In this document: positions 39,264 through 48,821 of the stretch, in pieces
Layout of the letters: every line of letters starts with the position of its first letter
Numbering within the stretch: position 1 is the first letter of the stretch
Source of the DNA: a bacterium
Lineage (GTDB): Bacteria; Hinthialibacterota; Hinthialibacteria; Hinthialibacterales; Hinthialibacteraceae
Reading direction: 5' to 3'
Length of the DNA: 64,000 nucleotides
Assembly: GCA_041946805.1 (NCBI GenBank)
Contig: JBHGBC010000004.1
Span: forward strand, 40,948-104,947
Notes under the pieces: model-generated
The model's input: the letters and a program-made list of their open reading frames with translations, nothing else
What the model was told of the DNA's origin: nothing
Databases searched by the model: none
Made by a program: the position numbers and the translations under genes

Positions 39264-41723
39264 TCACTCCGGGATGGCCGAGGCGGGGATATCGACACGG
39301 GGCAAGGCGCGGGTGCCGGGTTTCTCGGAGGTGTTCTCCGCGGCCGTAACCGCCGTGGCCTCCTTGATCTGGCTCATGGGAATCGGAATCCGGTTCGGCT
39401 CCAGGTTGGGAAAGCGCGGCAGGCTGTCATCCGGCAGGAAATAATCGTCGATCACTTCCCCGGTGGCTGGCTTGACCACATCACCGGTCAACACATCGAC
39501 TTTCTTTTCCTCGAGACCCGGAGGAACCGGGAAGGGATCCGGATTGCCTTCCGGATAGATCTTGTTCATGAATTCCACCCAGAGGGGCAAGGCGCCGCTG
39601 CTGCCCGTCAGGCCGGTGGATTGGGGCATGTCGAATCCTACCCAGACCACGGTGATCAAGTCGGGCACGGCCCCCACGAACCAGGAATCCTGCCGGTCAT
39701 CCGATGTCCCGGTTTTTCCCGCCGCGATTCCCTTCCACCCCAGGCGGTAGGCCGGATTGGCCGTTCCCCGCTCGAAGACGCCCTGCAGCATGGCCAGCAC
39801 CTGGTAGGCGGCTTGCGGAGAGACCACCTGGCTGGAGCCGGGCGCGGCCAGCGGGAGCCGGGTATTGGCGCTCGACCGGACCGTGCGCATGAAGTGGGGA
39901 GTGGACCGGATGCCCTGGTTCACGAACACGGTATAGAGCCCCGCCACCTCCAGGGGTGTCAGGTCTACTGTCCCCAACGCGATGGAGGGAACCCGCATGA
40001 TGGCAGGGAAACCCAAACTTTCGAGAAAATCGGCCAGGACATTGATGCCGATCATCTGCGACAGCCGCACCGCGGGCACGTTCAGACTCTCTTCCAACGC
40101 CCGGCGGACGGTCACCGGTCCAGAGAAGTTTTTATTGAAGTTCTGCGGCGTCCACGGCCCGAAGGGGGTCTCGATAGTGACCGGGCTGTCATCCAGGTAT
40201 GAATTAGGGGAGAGATCGTATAATCCCTCTTGGGCCCCCTGCATGGCTTTCAGGTAGATGAACGGTTTGATGACCGAGCCGATCGGGCGTTTCCCCAGCA
40301 GGGCGCGGTTGAAGGAACTGGCTTGGAAGTCCCGCCCCCCCACCAGGGCGAGCACCGCGCCGCTGTAGGGATCGACGCAGACCAGCGCGGCCTGCAAGGG
40401 CTGGCCTTTGTCCTTCAGGTCGGGCTTCTCTTTTTCCAACTCCTCCAGCCCTTCCCGCACAGCTTCCTGCGCCGCGTTTTGCAGGCGCATGTCGATGGTG
40501 GTGTAGATCGAATACCCCTCGGTCTGCAACTCATCCGGCAGAAGTAAATCCGCCAGGCTGCGCTGCACGGCGTCCACCACGAAGGGGGCCGAGCCCGCCA
40601 GGGACCGGGGCGCCGCGGGCAGCGGATCGGCCATGGCTGCGCCCCGTTCCTCGGGGGTGATCGATCCTTCTTCCGCCATCCGGGAGAGGATGTAATCCCG
40701 CCGTTGCTTCACCCGCTCCGGGTATTTGAAGGGATTGTAGTAATTCGGGCCGCGCAACAAGGCTACCAGCAGCGCGCATTGGGAAAGGCTCAAATCGCGC
40801 GGCTCGGTTCCGAAATAATACCGGGCCGCCTGCCGCAGGCCCGCAATACTGACCGATCCCGCCTGGCCGAAATAGCATTCGTTGATATACAACTGCAGGA
40901 TCTGCTCCTTGGTGCGGGTCATTTCCAGCAAGACCGCCATCAGCGCTTCATCCATCTTGCGCCGCAGGCTTTTGTTGCGGGTAAGAAACATGTTGCGGAC
41001 CAATTGCTGGGTGATCGTGCTCCCCCCCTGCGCGTACCGGCCTTGCTTGAGGTTGATGAGAAAGGCCCGCAAGACGCCCCAGGGATCCACGCCCCGGTGC
41101 TCGAAATAGCTTTTGTCCTCCGAAGCCAGCAGGCTCTGGATGAAACGCGGGGGCACATCCTCGAGGGGGATGGGCCGGCGGTCTTCAAAGGAGGGATCGT
41201 AAATGGAGCCCAGTACCTCCGGTTCCAGCGCCAACCGCGCGAGGCGCTGGCCGGTGTCCCGGTTCCAGAGGCCCGCCACCACGCCGCCGTCGATCTCGCA
41301 GCGCGCGGGGAATCCCGGGCGCTTGCCGTCCGGCGTCTCGGCGTCCCGCAGGAAAATGTCCACGCCTTTTTCGTCGCGGCTGTATTCGCCGGAGGCTTGC
41401 ACCGACGAGGCGGGATAATACCCCAGCGCGGCCAGCCGCCCGGTCAGTTCCGCTTCATCCAGCCGCGCCCCCACGGCGATTTCGAACGGCTGGGCGTACA
41501 CGCGGGAGGGCAGGTTCCAGGGCGTGTCGCTCAGCACCCGCTCCATCAGGGAGAGATCGCGTAACACATAGATCCCGATATACAGCAGGACCAATCCGGA
41601 TAGCAGGCATCCCATGGCGAACGAAGCCAGGGTGATGATCCACGCCCGCTTCTTCCAGAGCTTCTCCCTCTCCTGTCGCGGCGTGGACAACACCGTCATG
41701 ATTTTTTTCAACGGAGCGATCAT
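39264..41723 (-). CDS. mrcB: Class A penicillin-binding protein 1B-like (UB2H + glycosyltransferase + transpeptidase)
   Basis: PSRVYAQP/UB2H-like segment; SEDKSYFEHRG, GGSTITQQL and RKMDE; SVIK, SLN and KTG motifs. Confidence 0.88.
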   Translation of the reverse strand: MIAPLKKIMTVLSTPRQEREKLWKKRAWIITLASFAMGCLLSGLVLLYIGIYVLRDLSLMERVLSDTPWNLPSRVYAQPFEIAVGARLDEAELTGRLAALGYYPASSVQASGEYSRDEKGVDIFLRDAETPDGKRPGFPARCEIDGGVVAGLWNRDTGQRLARLALEPEVLGSIYDPSFEDRRPIPLEDVPPRFIQSLLASEDKSYFEHRGVDPWGVLRAFLINLKQGRYAQGGSTITQQLVRNMFLTRNKSLRRKMDEALMAVLLEMTRTKEQILQLYINECYFGQAGSVSIAGLRQAARYYFGTEPRDLSLSQCALLVALLRGPNYYNPFKYPERVKQRRDYILSRMAEEGSITPEERGAAMADPLPAAPRSLAGSAPFVVDAVQRSLADLLLPDELQTEGYSIYTTIDMRLQNAAQEAVREGLEELEKEKPDLKDKGQPLQAALVCVDPYSGAVLALVGGRDFQASSFNRALLGKRPIGSVIKPFIYLKAMQGAQEGLYDLSPNSYLDDSPVTIETPFGPWTPQNFNKNFSGPVTVRRALEESLNVPAVRLSQMIGINVLADFLESLGFPAIMRVPSIALGTVDLTPLEVAGLYTVFVNQGIRSTPHFMRTVRSSANTRLPLAAPGSSQVVSPQAAYQVLAMLQGVFERGTANPAYRLGWKGIAAGKTGTSDDRQDSWFVGAVPDLITVVWVGFDMPQSTGLTGSSGALPLWVEFMNKIYPEGNPDPFPVPPGLEEKKVDVLTGDVVKPATGEVIDDYFLPDDSLPRFPNLEPNRIPIPMSQIKEATAVTAAENTSEKPGTRALPRVDIPASAIPE

Positions 41724-41969
41724 TGACTCTATCCAGTTGATTCAATCCAGTTCAATTCCCGCCATTCGGCGAGTTCTCCAAACCGCCCAGGACGTGTATA
41801 ATCTCTTTTCAGGCGAATGGGCTTATCCATTCAGGGCTGTACGAATCCCGGCCGCCATCTTCACCCTGGGCTCAGTCATCCGGCCGGTTCAGAACGCGGA
41901 TCCCATGATTCTATCTCTTGGATGCGCGAACCGTATCCTAGGGCCGCCTCCGCTATACGAGACATCCCC

Positions 41970-42488
41970 ATGAAACATAACGCTTCATCCCTTGCCCGTT
42001 TTCTCATCATCCCATTGTGCGTGTCGGTCTTTTCCGCGTGCGGCAGCCTGCCCCGCAAAACGAAAGAGTCCGCTTCCTCAATCCCCACGGCCGAATTCCC
42101 CCAACCGGACAACACCATCACCCAACCGGAAAAGGAAGCGGAACACCCCATGCCCTTCCCGCCAGTCCCTCCCGCGCCGCAAACGGCTGAAACGGTCAAA
42201 CCAGCCACGGATCAACTATCCAGCCCCCGATCCGTATCCAGCCAGCCGGCGGAATCCCCCGCCGCGCCGCCCGGCGTGATCACGCCTCCCGATTTAGGAA
42301 GACGCCCGCCCGCTTTGATTTATTCCGACGATTTGGGCTTGTACTGGTCTCCCAGCGCCACCTATGACATCTACTTTCAGAATGGATTCTGGTATGTCCG
42401 TTCAGACAATCATTGGTTCCGCTCCCGCGGCCATCGTGGCCCGTGGGAATTGATTCAGCCTTTCCAATTGCCAGAATCCCTCCGTTAG
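41970..42488 (+). CDS. Lipoprotein with a Pro-rich linker and an aromatic-rich C-terminal domain
   Basis: Lipobox FSAC; ~80-aa P/S/T/A-rich linker; YDIYFQNGFWY...WFRSRGHRGPW. Confidence 0.75.
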   Translation: MKHNASSLARFLIIPLCVSVFSACGSLPRKTKESASSIPTAEFPQPDNTITQPEKEAEHPMPFPPVPPAPQTAETVKPATDQLSSPRSVSSQPAESPAAPPGVITPPDLGRRPPALIYSDDLGLYWSPSATYDIYFQNGFWYVRSDNHWFRSRGHRGPWELIQPFQLPESLR

Positions 42489-42591
42489 GATACAATCTTG
42501 ATAAACATACTGAACATTCAGGGATAAGATTTGGACCACCGAGTCATGATGTAAACCTAAATATGATAAAAAATATTCCTGCCGGGGTGGG

Positions 42592-42616
42592 AAAGATGAC
42601 CAAATTTATCGTATAC
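42592..42616. promoter_or_regulatory. Candidate Rrf2-family operator upstream of the Rrf2 gene
   Basis: AAAGATGACCAAATTTATCGTATAC resembles the IscR type-1 consensus. Confidence 0.35.
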
Positions 42617-42783
42617 CCTATATACAAATGTTGATTCTTGTTGTAATATATTTATAAAGGGTAGGTGATAAAGTTTCATTTCTCAATGAAAACACGAGTT
42701 CCTTTTGCCGGAACGGAATCAATTGTTGATTCTTTCTGAAAAACATCTTGTTTTAATCTTCTGAGTCAAAGGCGGGAGACACC

Positions 42784-43230
42784 ATGAGAATTTCCGCGAA
42801 AGGGGAATACGCAGTTCTGGCCATGATGGACTTGTCCCAGGCGTATGAGTCCGATGACGTACGGACGCTGGATGAGATCTCCAACGACGAAACCATCCCT
42901 CATCCCTTCCTGGTCCAAATTCTGCTGGAATTGAAGCGCGCCGGACTGGTGGAAAGCAAACGCGGGGCCGGGGGCGGTTACCGTCTCGCCCGCCATCCCC
43001 GGGAAATCAGCCTGGGCGAGGTAATCCGCCTGATCGACGGCCCTCTCTTGCCCTTCAAATGCACGATGCCCGCCATCGATAACAACGACTGTCCCCACCA
43101 GGGTAATTGCGTCATGACCACGGTATGGCATGATGTCCGCAAGGCCATCGAAGCCGTCATCGAGGGGATCTCCTTCGAGGAACTCGCCCGGCGGCGGGAA
43201 AACATGAATTCACCGATGTACCATATTTGA
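42784..43230 (+). CDS. Rrf2 family transcriptional regulator (CymR/IscR-like)
   Basis: MRISAKGEYAV and LVESKRGAGGGYRLAR motifs; three Cys; C-terminal MYHI. Confidence 0.93.
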   Translation: MRISAKGEYAVLAMMDLSQAYESDDVRTLDEISNDETIPHPFLVQILLELKRAGLVESKRGAGGGYRLARHPREISLGEVIRLIDGPLLPFKCTMPAIDNNDCPHQGNCVMTTVWHDVRKAIEAVIEGISFEELARRRENMNSPMYHI

Positions 43231-43233
43231 CGC

Positions 43234-43277
43234 GTTTTTTTACGGTTCGTTTTTTTACAGTTCATTTTTTACAGTTC
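43234..43277 (+). repeat. Three tandem 14-15-bp direct repeats
   Basis: GTTTTTTTACGGTTC GTTTTTTTACAGTTC ATTTTTTACAGTTC. Confidence 0.8.
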
Positions 43278-43435
43278 CCGGCACAGACTGGGATGCAAAT
43301 ACCTTCCATTTCACTGGATTGGCCCTCATTTTGGCGCAGCATTCTCCTCGCTGGATAAACCTATATCGCGTTATGGGTATTCCTTATTACCTGGATCCGC
43401 AGTCTACAGATAATCCAGGACCACACCTTGGTTTC

Positions 43436-43603
43436 GGTTCATCCGGGAAATGCGTACCCGGGAGACATTTTGACCAGGGTTGAAATCCTGGACTGTATTG
43501 AAGTCATCCCCTGAAGGGAACTCCCAGGGATTCGTGGGGTATAAACAGAATCCGTGAAGTCATAACGTGTTGAAAAGGCTCTCCCTCACCCTGGCCCTCT
43601 CCC
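43436..43603. repeat. Repeat mosaic: solo MITE end, CCAGGGTTGAAATCCTGG..CCCTGAAGGG, half palindrome A
   Basis: GGTTCATCCGGGAAATGCGTACC at 43436; matches to 55701 and 14669. Confidence 0.65.
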
Positions 43604-43691
43604 TGGCGAAGATGGAAGCGGCTCACAGACCGGTAAAGGTGGAATCCGGTTATCGCCAATACAAAAAAAACACGTTTTTTTGATTCCCCGC

Positions 43692-43752
43692 TTGATATTA
43701 TATACAAAGAAGGTAGTATATAATCCATTCCTTGATCAATCCGGTAAACTAT
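43692..43752 (+). promoter_or_regulatory. Candidate cysC promoter and Rrf2 box
   Basis: TTGATA-16 bp-TAGTAT; TTCCTTGATCAATCCGGTAAACTAT at 43728-43752 resembles the IscR/Rrf2 operator. Confidence 0.4.
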
Positions 43753-43777
43753 AAAAAGAAAGGATCACGCATCCCTT

Positions 43778-44356
43778 ATGTCTGTCGAGCCGCAATTCCG
43801 CCTCACCGAAAACGAACCGAAATGCAAGCATGCCGGCTTCACGGTCTGGTTTACGGGTCTGTCCGGAGCCGGGAAGAGCACCATCAGCGCGGTTCTGATC
43901 CGCGAATTCCAGCGCCGGGGGATCAAACATGAAGTCCTGGACGGCGACGTGGTGCGCACCAATCTGAGCAAGGGTCTCGGATTTTCAAAAGAAGACCGGG
44001 ACATCAATATCCGCCGGATCGGATTTGTCTGCCATCTTCTGACCCGGAACGACGTAGTGGCCATCGCGGCGGCCATTTCCCCCTACCGGGCCATCCGGGA
44101 TGAAGTCCGCCGGATGATCGGCCATTTTGTCGAGGTGTACGTCAAGGCGCCGCTCGAAGTCTGCGAGCAAAGGGACGTGAAAGGGCTGTATAAAAAGGCC
44201 CGGGCCGGGGAGATCAAGGAATTCACCGGCATTTCGGATCCCTACGAGGAACCGTTGCATCCGGAAGTGATCTGCGAAACCCACCGCGAGACTCCCGAGG
44301 AAAGCGCGGAAAAAATCCTGTCCAAACTGCGCGAGTTAGGCTATATCGAGTGGTAA
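43778..44356 (+). CDS. cysC: Adenylyl-sulfate kinase
   Basis: [27 protein letters not shown] and [11 protein letters not shown] motifs. Confidence 0.96.
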   Translation: MSVEPQFRLTENEPKCKHAGFTVWFTGLSGAGKSTISAVLIREFQRRGIKHEVLDGDVVRTNLSKGLGFSKEDRDINIRRIGFVCHLLTRNDVVAIAAAISPYRAIRDEVRRMIGHFVEVYVKAPLEVCEQRDVKGLYKKARAGEIKEFTGISDPYEEPLHPEVICETHRETPEESAEKILSKLRELGYIEW

Positions 44357-44413
44357 GGCGGCTGGACCGGCTGACGGGAACCACATAACGGATGATCCAG
44401 CCGGGCCGCAATT

Positions 44414-44998
44414 TCATGGCTTGGTGGATTGGGGAGGGGTGGCTGGTTGGATATCCCCCGCCGGGGCTGGCGGAACCGATGATTCCACGGATTCGGGCCG
44501 CGCGTCGGCGCTGTTGAAGTAGTTGCTGTTGGTGAAGACGAAGAGATATTGTTTGCCGTTCAATCGGATTTCCGACAAGTTGCGGTGATACGGGTCCGTT
44601 TCCTCCAGCACATTGCAAAGCACCAGGAAGGCATCGGGCTTTTTCTTGAACGGAAAACGCAGATCGAAGGTGACGTAGGAGTCGTCTTCCTCCACCTTGA
44701 AGGTCACGCTCTTCATTTCCATCTTCAACTGGCGGCCGTCCGCCAGCACTTTGATTTTGTTGGAGAGATAATAAAACATCATGGGCTTGACCGGCTGAAT
44801 CTCCTCCTCCGACAATAGCAAATCTCCATTCAAATCGATCTGAAAGAGTTCCAGCGTGCACACCAGGGTGAAACGCAGTTTCAGTTGAATTTCATCCTCC
44901 TTCATCTCGACGACCGAATCAGAGAGGCTGTTCAAATGCGCGAAGGTCAGGCCGGCGGTCAACAACAGAAACGAAGTCACAAAAAACAATCTCTTCAT
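44414..44998 (-). CDS. Secreted hypothetical protein (resembles DUF6702 / the N-domain of HupE-UreJ-type proteins)
   Basis: Signal peptide ending TFA|H; IDLNGDLLLSEEE EF-hand-like loop; DPYHRN. Confidence 0.7.
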   Translation of the reverse strand: MKRLFFVTSFLLLTAGLTFAHLNSLSDSVVEMKEDEIQLKLRFTLVCTLELFQIDLNGDLLLSEEEIQPVKPMMFYYLSNKIKVLADGRQLKMEMKSVTFKVEEDDSYVTFDLRFPFKKKPDAFLVLCNVLEETDPYHRNLSEIRLNGKQYLFVFTNSNYFNSADARPESVESSVPPAPAGDIQPATPPQSTKP

Positions 44999-45121
44999 GA
45001 TGGCGCACCGTAGGCGGGGGATTGGGATATTCCCGTTTTTCATCCTCCAGGATTGCGGGGACCGGCGGCGGCCGGGGCAGTCCCGGCCGCGTGAGAAGAA
45101 TCGGGCGGAGGGCATGAAAGG

Positions 45122-45409
45122 TTATTCGGTGACGCGGGGAACCCGGAAGTACGGATCATACCGGTCGGGGGCGTTTTTCAAGGCTTCCTCGCGGGGAAGC
45201 GAAGGTTCGACCACATCGTCGCGCATGACGTTGGACAGGGGCAGCGCGTGGGACATCGGTTCGACGCCGTCCACGTTCAATTCCTTTAATTTCTGCACGT
45301 ATTCCAGCATCTCCGCCAGGTGGGCGGTGTAGACCGGCACTTCCTCGTCCTTGAGTTCCAGGCGGCTCAGCAGGGCGATATGTTTCACTTCCTCGGGCGT
45401 AATGCTCAT
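45122..45409 (-). CDS. gatC: Asp/Glu-tRNA amidotransferase subunit C
   Basis: ITPEEVKHIALLSRL...NVMRDD...ALKNAP...YFRVPRV. Confidence 0.95.
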   Translation of the reverse strand: MSITPEEVKHIALLSRLELKDEEVPVYTAHLAEMLEYVQKLKELNVDGVEPMSHALPLSNVMRDDVVEPSLPREEALKNAPDRYDPYFRVPRVTE

Positions 45410-46110
45410 TTTTCCTCCTTACCCGGCCCGGGGGCTTCAGTCCACACCGCCGTGACCGCGTCGGGATGGCGGGGATTTTCCTCTGCCGGTCCCGGATTTT
45501 CAATCACCGCGGGTTCCCCGGCCTCCGGATCCTTGAGCAGCACCGTGGGCGGCGCCCCCTTAAAGCGGCCATCGGGGGCCAGATCGCGGGGCAGGATTTT
45601 CTTGATCAGAACCTCGATTTTCTCGATGCGGCTGACCCCCAGGGTTTCAGTCAGTTCATGCTGGATTTTTTCCTGAAAATTCCGCGTGAATTCCGGGATG
45701 TTGTGTTGCAGTTCGAGAACCAGTTTGGTCTTCAGGATCAGCCCGCCGTTTTCCAGGCCGGCCCGCACCGCGATATCGCGCACGCCGCTGATGGATTTTC
45801 CCTTGCGTTGGATGAATTCCTCCACCGCGTTGAGCGAGACGCCGATCTCGCCGGATTCGTGGTCGATGGTGATATGCGGCCGGACGCCGGGTTCCAGGCC
45901 CATCATCATGGCCATCAGGGCCAGGCAACAACCCATCGAGATCAGGCCCAGGGCGATGAAGATGAGTTTCCCCCACCGTTCCGTGGAGAGTTCCAGCAAG
46001 GCCAAGCTGAGGTGCTTGAGCCCAGCGATATCCCAGAAGACGATATACCAGGAAAGCAGGCACAAGCAGAAAAGCAAGGAAAACGCGAGGAGAAGGCTGA
46101 GATACTTCAT
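45406..46110 (-). CDS. Alkaline shock response membrane anchor AmaP-like protein
   Basis: Two N-terminal TMs; GEIGVSLNAVE..., QEKIQHELTETLGV; adjacent to the Asp23-family gene. Confidence 0.75.
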   Translation of the reverse strand: MKYLSLLLAFSLLFCLCLLSWYIVFWDIAGLKHLSLALLELSTERWGKLIFIALGLISMGCCLALMAMMMGLEPGVRPHITIDHESGEIGVSLNAVEEFIQRKGKSISGVRDIAVRAGLENGGLILKTKLVLELQHNIPEFTRNFQEKIQHELTETLGVSRIEKIEVLIKKILPRDLAPDGRFKGAPPTVLLKDPEAGEPAVIENPGPAEENPRHPDAVTAVWTEAPGPGKEEK

Positions 46111-46130
46111 CGGCGGCCGCCCATCCGGCG

Positions 46131-46529
46131 TTATTGGTTCACCGCGTTGGCCTGGACCGCGTCATGCTCCAGCAGCAGCGGTTCATCCACCGTGTATACA
46201 TTTTCCACGTTGAGCGCCACCCGGTTGACCACCAGGCCGGCGGTCAATTCCAACGCCCGGGTGATCCGGCCTTGCAACTCCCGGGCCTCCTTGATGATCT
46301 TGGTGCCAAACAAGACCGTCAGCGTCAAGGTGGCTTCCACGCTGCCTTCCACGAAACTCACCTTGATACACCGCTCCATGATTTTCCGGCTGGCGGATTC
46401 GCCTCCCTTCATTCCCGGGAAACGGAAGCACCGGCTATTCTCCACCTCCCGCATGATGATGCGGCGCACGATGGACGGAGAAATCTGAATCCGGCCCAAT
46501 TCGTTTTCGAAAAAACCAACCATGGACAC
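46131..46529 (-). CDS. Asp23/Gls24 family envelope stress protein
   Basis: NELGRIQISPSIV...VLFGTKI...LQGRITRALELTAGLVVNRVALNVENV. Confidence 0.85.
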   Translation of the reverse strand: MSMVGFFENELGRIQISPSIVRRIIMREVENSRCFRFPGMKGGESASRKIMERCIKVSFVEGSVEATLTLTVLFGTKIIKEARELQGRITRALELTAGLVVNRVALNVENVYTVDEPLLLEHDAVQANAVNQ

Positions 46530-46679
46530 CTCTCAACCCCACGGGTCATTTTCCAGATTATATCATGGTTCTTGCGGTCATGCGGGAAAACCGGTATCTC
46601 CATTTGTTTTTTTACATTTGAAATTTCTTCCGGCCGGATAAGGCTTCCCTTTCCCGCCGGGGGACGCCGGCCGGACCGG

Positions 46680-47978
46680 TTACAATCCCGGACGCGCGGC
46701 CGTTTCGGTCATGCCGGGCTTCCGCCGGTTGAGGATCAAATACGCCCCGGCCAGCAGTACGCCATACAATTTTACCGACATTCCCAACGTCATCCAGCCA
46801 TGCCGAAACAGGGGATTGTCATGATGAAAAGGAATCGCCAGCAGCGCGATGCCCACCGCCAGGCCCCAGATCCCGCGCGTCTTCCCCTCCAGGGCCGACC
46901 GGACGGCCACGGCGATGACGAACAGCGCCTGCACCAGGTAATGATCCCAAAACAGGCTGGGAAGCAGCAGCATGCCCAGAATCCACAAGGCATACTCCTC
47001 CACCGCCGCATCGCGCGGATCCCGCCTCGTGATCCCCAACAGCAGACCGATGATGGACAACGCCGTCAGATACGACAAGCCCTGAGCCAGGGCGGGAAAA
47101 TCGGTGATCCCCGGATACATGTCAGGGACCGTCTCGTTTCGCGTCAGGAGCCGGTACCACAGGGCGGAGGGCGCCTGGTTGAAGGGATCGACGTCATAGT
47201 GCTGCGACACGGCGTTGTACGGTTCCAGATGGCTCCAGGTGGAACAGCCATACCGCATGTCCCGGGCCATGTGGAGAAAGGAGACGTGGACATCCTTTCC
47301 CAGCCAAGCCAGGGAAAGGCCGCCGGAGAGGAGAAGCACGGCCAGGCCGGTGGCCAAGCCCGTCCACCGTTTTTTCCACGCCAAGTAGAGCAGCAGAAAC
47401 GCCGGAGTGATCTTCACCGCCGCGCCCAGGCCCAGCCAGGCCCCGGCCGCCGCGTCCCGCTTGTTGCTCAACCAATACCAGCCGCCGGTCAGCCCCAGGA
47501 GCATGAAGGTGTTCATTTGCCCGGCCGAGTAGGTTTTGAAGAGCGGATAAAAGCAGCCCGACAGCGCCAGCAACACGCCCCACCAGAACCACGGGCGCAA
47601 CCGGTCCCGGTCCAGAATCCGCACCAACAGGGCCAGGGAGGCCAGGTAGGCCGCATGGCTCAATCCGGTGAACAACAACCAGGCGGCGTCGTAACTCATC
47701 CGGCTGAGAGGAATGAGCATCAAGGCGAAAAAGGGGGGATAAACAAAGGGGTTTAGGCCCGTGGGGATTTGCAGGTACTGGTAGGTTTTGAAAATGATAG
47801 GGAAGTCGAAGAAATCCCCGCCCCGGTCCGCAAGGTACCCCGCGACGTACAGGTGGGCGAAATCGTTCCGGGTGGCGTATAGATAGCCGATGTTGATCGA
47901 GGATTGCAGATAATAAAATAATCCGGTTACCCCTAACAACAACCCGGCGGTTCTTTCCACATTCCGGTCCATGGCCAT
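46680..47978 (-). CDS. Glycosyltransferase family 87 (DUF2029) membrane protein
   Basis: NDFAHLY, PFVYPPFFALM, GQMN, AVKITP and FWDHY motifs; multi-TM; start trimmed to avoid overlapping pcm. Confidence 0.85.
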   Translation of the reverse strand: MAMDRNVERTAGLLLGVTGLFYYLQSSINIGYLYATRNDFAHLYVAGYLADRGGDFFDFPIIFKTYQYLQIPTGLNPFVYPPFFALMLIPLSRMSYDAAWLLFTGLSHAAYLASLALLVRILDRDRLRPWFWWGVLLALSGCFYPLFKTYSAGQMNTFMLLGLTGGWYWLSNKRDAAAGAWLGLGAAVKITPAFLLLYLAWKKRWTGLATGLAVLLLSGGLSLAWLGKDVHVSFLHMARDMRYGCSTWSHLEPYNAVSQHYDVDPFNQAPSALWYRLLTRNETVPDMYPGITDFPALAQGLSYLTALSIIGLLLGITRRDPRDAAVEEYALWILGMLLLPSLFWDHYLVQALFVIAVAVRSALEGKTRGIWGLAVGIALLAIPFHHDNPLFRHGWMTLGMSVKLYGVLLAGAYLILNRRKPGMTETAARPGL

Positions 47979-48134
47979 CCTGTTTGCCTGAAAAATGATA
48001 TCCCCGGGCACTATACAGGAATCCCGTCCCGCCGCGCAATGTCCCTGTCCCCGCCGCGCCGGGTCCGGCTCATGTTTACAAGCGGTATTCCAACCGATAC
48101 CATAATCCGCGGACGGAAGAATCCAGGGAAAACC

Positions 48135-48821
48135 ATGAGCCGCCTCGAAAAACAAATACTGGACATGCTGCAGCATCAAATCGTCGCGCGGGGAATCGAC
48201 AATCCCAAAATTTTGGAAGCCATGCAGAGGGCGCCCCGGCACTTGTTCGTCCCCCCCGACATGCTCGACGACGCCTACCAGGACCATCCCATCGCCCTGC
48301 CCGAGGAGCGGACCACCATATCGCAACCCTACATGGTGGCCTACATGACCGACGCCTTGCATTGTCAATCCACCGACCGGGTGCTGGAAATCGGCACCGG
48401 CTCCGGATACCAGGCCGCGATCCTGGCCCATTTGTGCCGGGAAATCCATACCGTGGAACGGTACCCCACGTTAAGCGCGAACGCCCAGCGCGCCATCCTC
48501 GGGCTGGGATTGACTAATGTGTATTTCCAGACGGGCGATGGGTGTCTCGGCTGGCCGGAAAAGGCTCCCTTCGACAAGATCGTGGTCACGGCGGCCGTGC
48601 GGCGCATCCCCCGTCCCTTGCTCGAGCAGCTGGCGGACCGGGGCATCCTGCTGATTCCCGTGGGCGATTCGCAGATTCAAACCCTGGTCCATATCCAGCG
48701 GCAAGGCAACGCGTTTGTCACTCAACGGTTGATCCCTTGTGTCTTCGTTCCCATGATCTCCAATGAGCAGGACCTGACCCAGGCCGACCTGGTGGATTCC
48801 GTCGAGCTCTCTTCGCTATGA
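48135..48821 (+). CDS. pcm: Protein-L-isoaspartate O-methyltransferase
   Basis: PRHLFVP, TISQPY, VLEIGTGSGYQAA and APFDKIVVTAA motifs. Confidence 0.95.
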   Translation: MSRLEKQILDMLQHQIVARGIDNPKILEAMQRAPRHLFVPPDMLDDAYQDHPIALPEERTTISQPYMVAYMTDALHCQSTDRVLEIGTGSGYQAAILAHLCREIHTVERYPTLSANAQRAILGLGLTNVYFQTGDGCLGWPEKAPFDKIVVTAAVRRIPRPLLEQLADRGILLIPVGDSQIQTLVHIQRQGNAFVTQRLIPCVFVPMISNEQDLTQADLVDSVELSSL

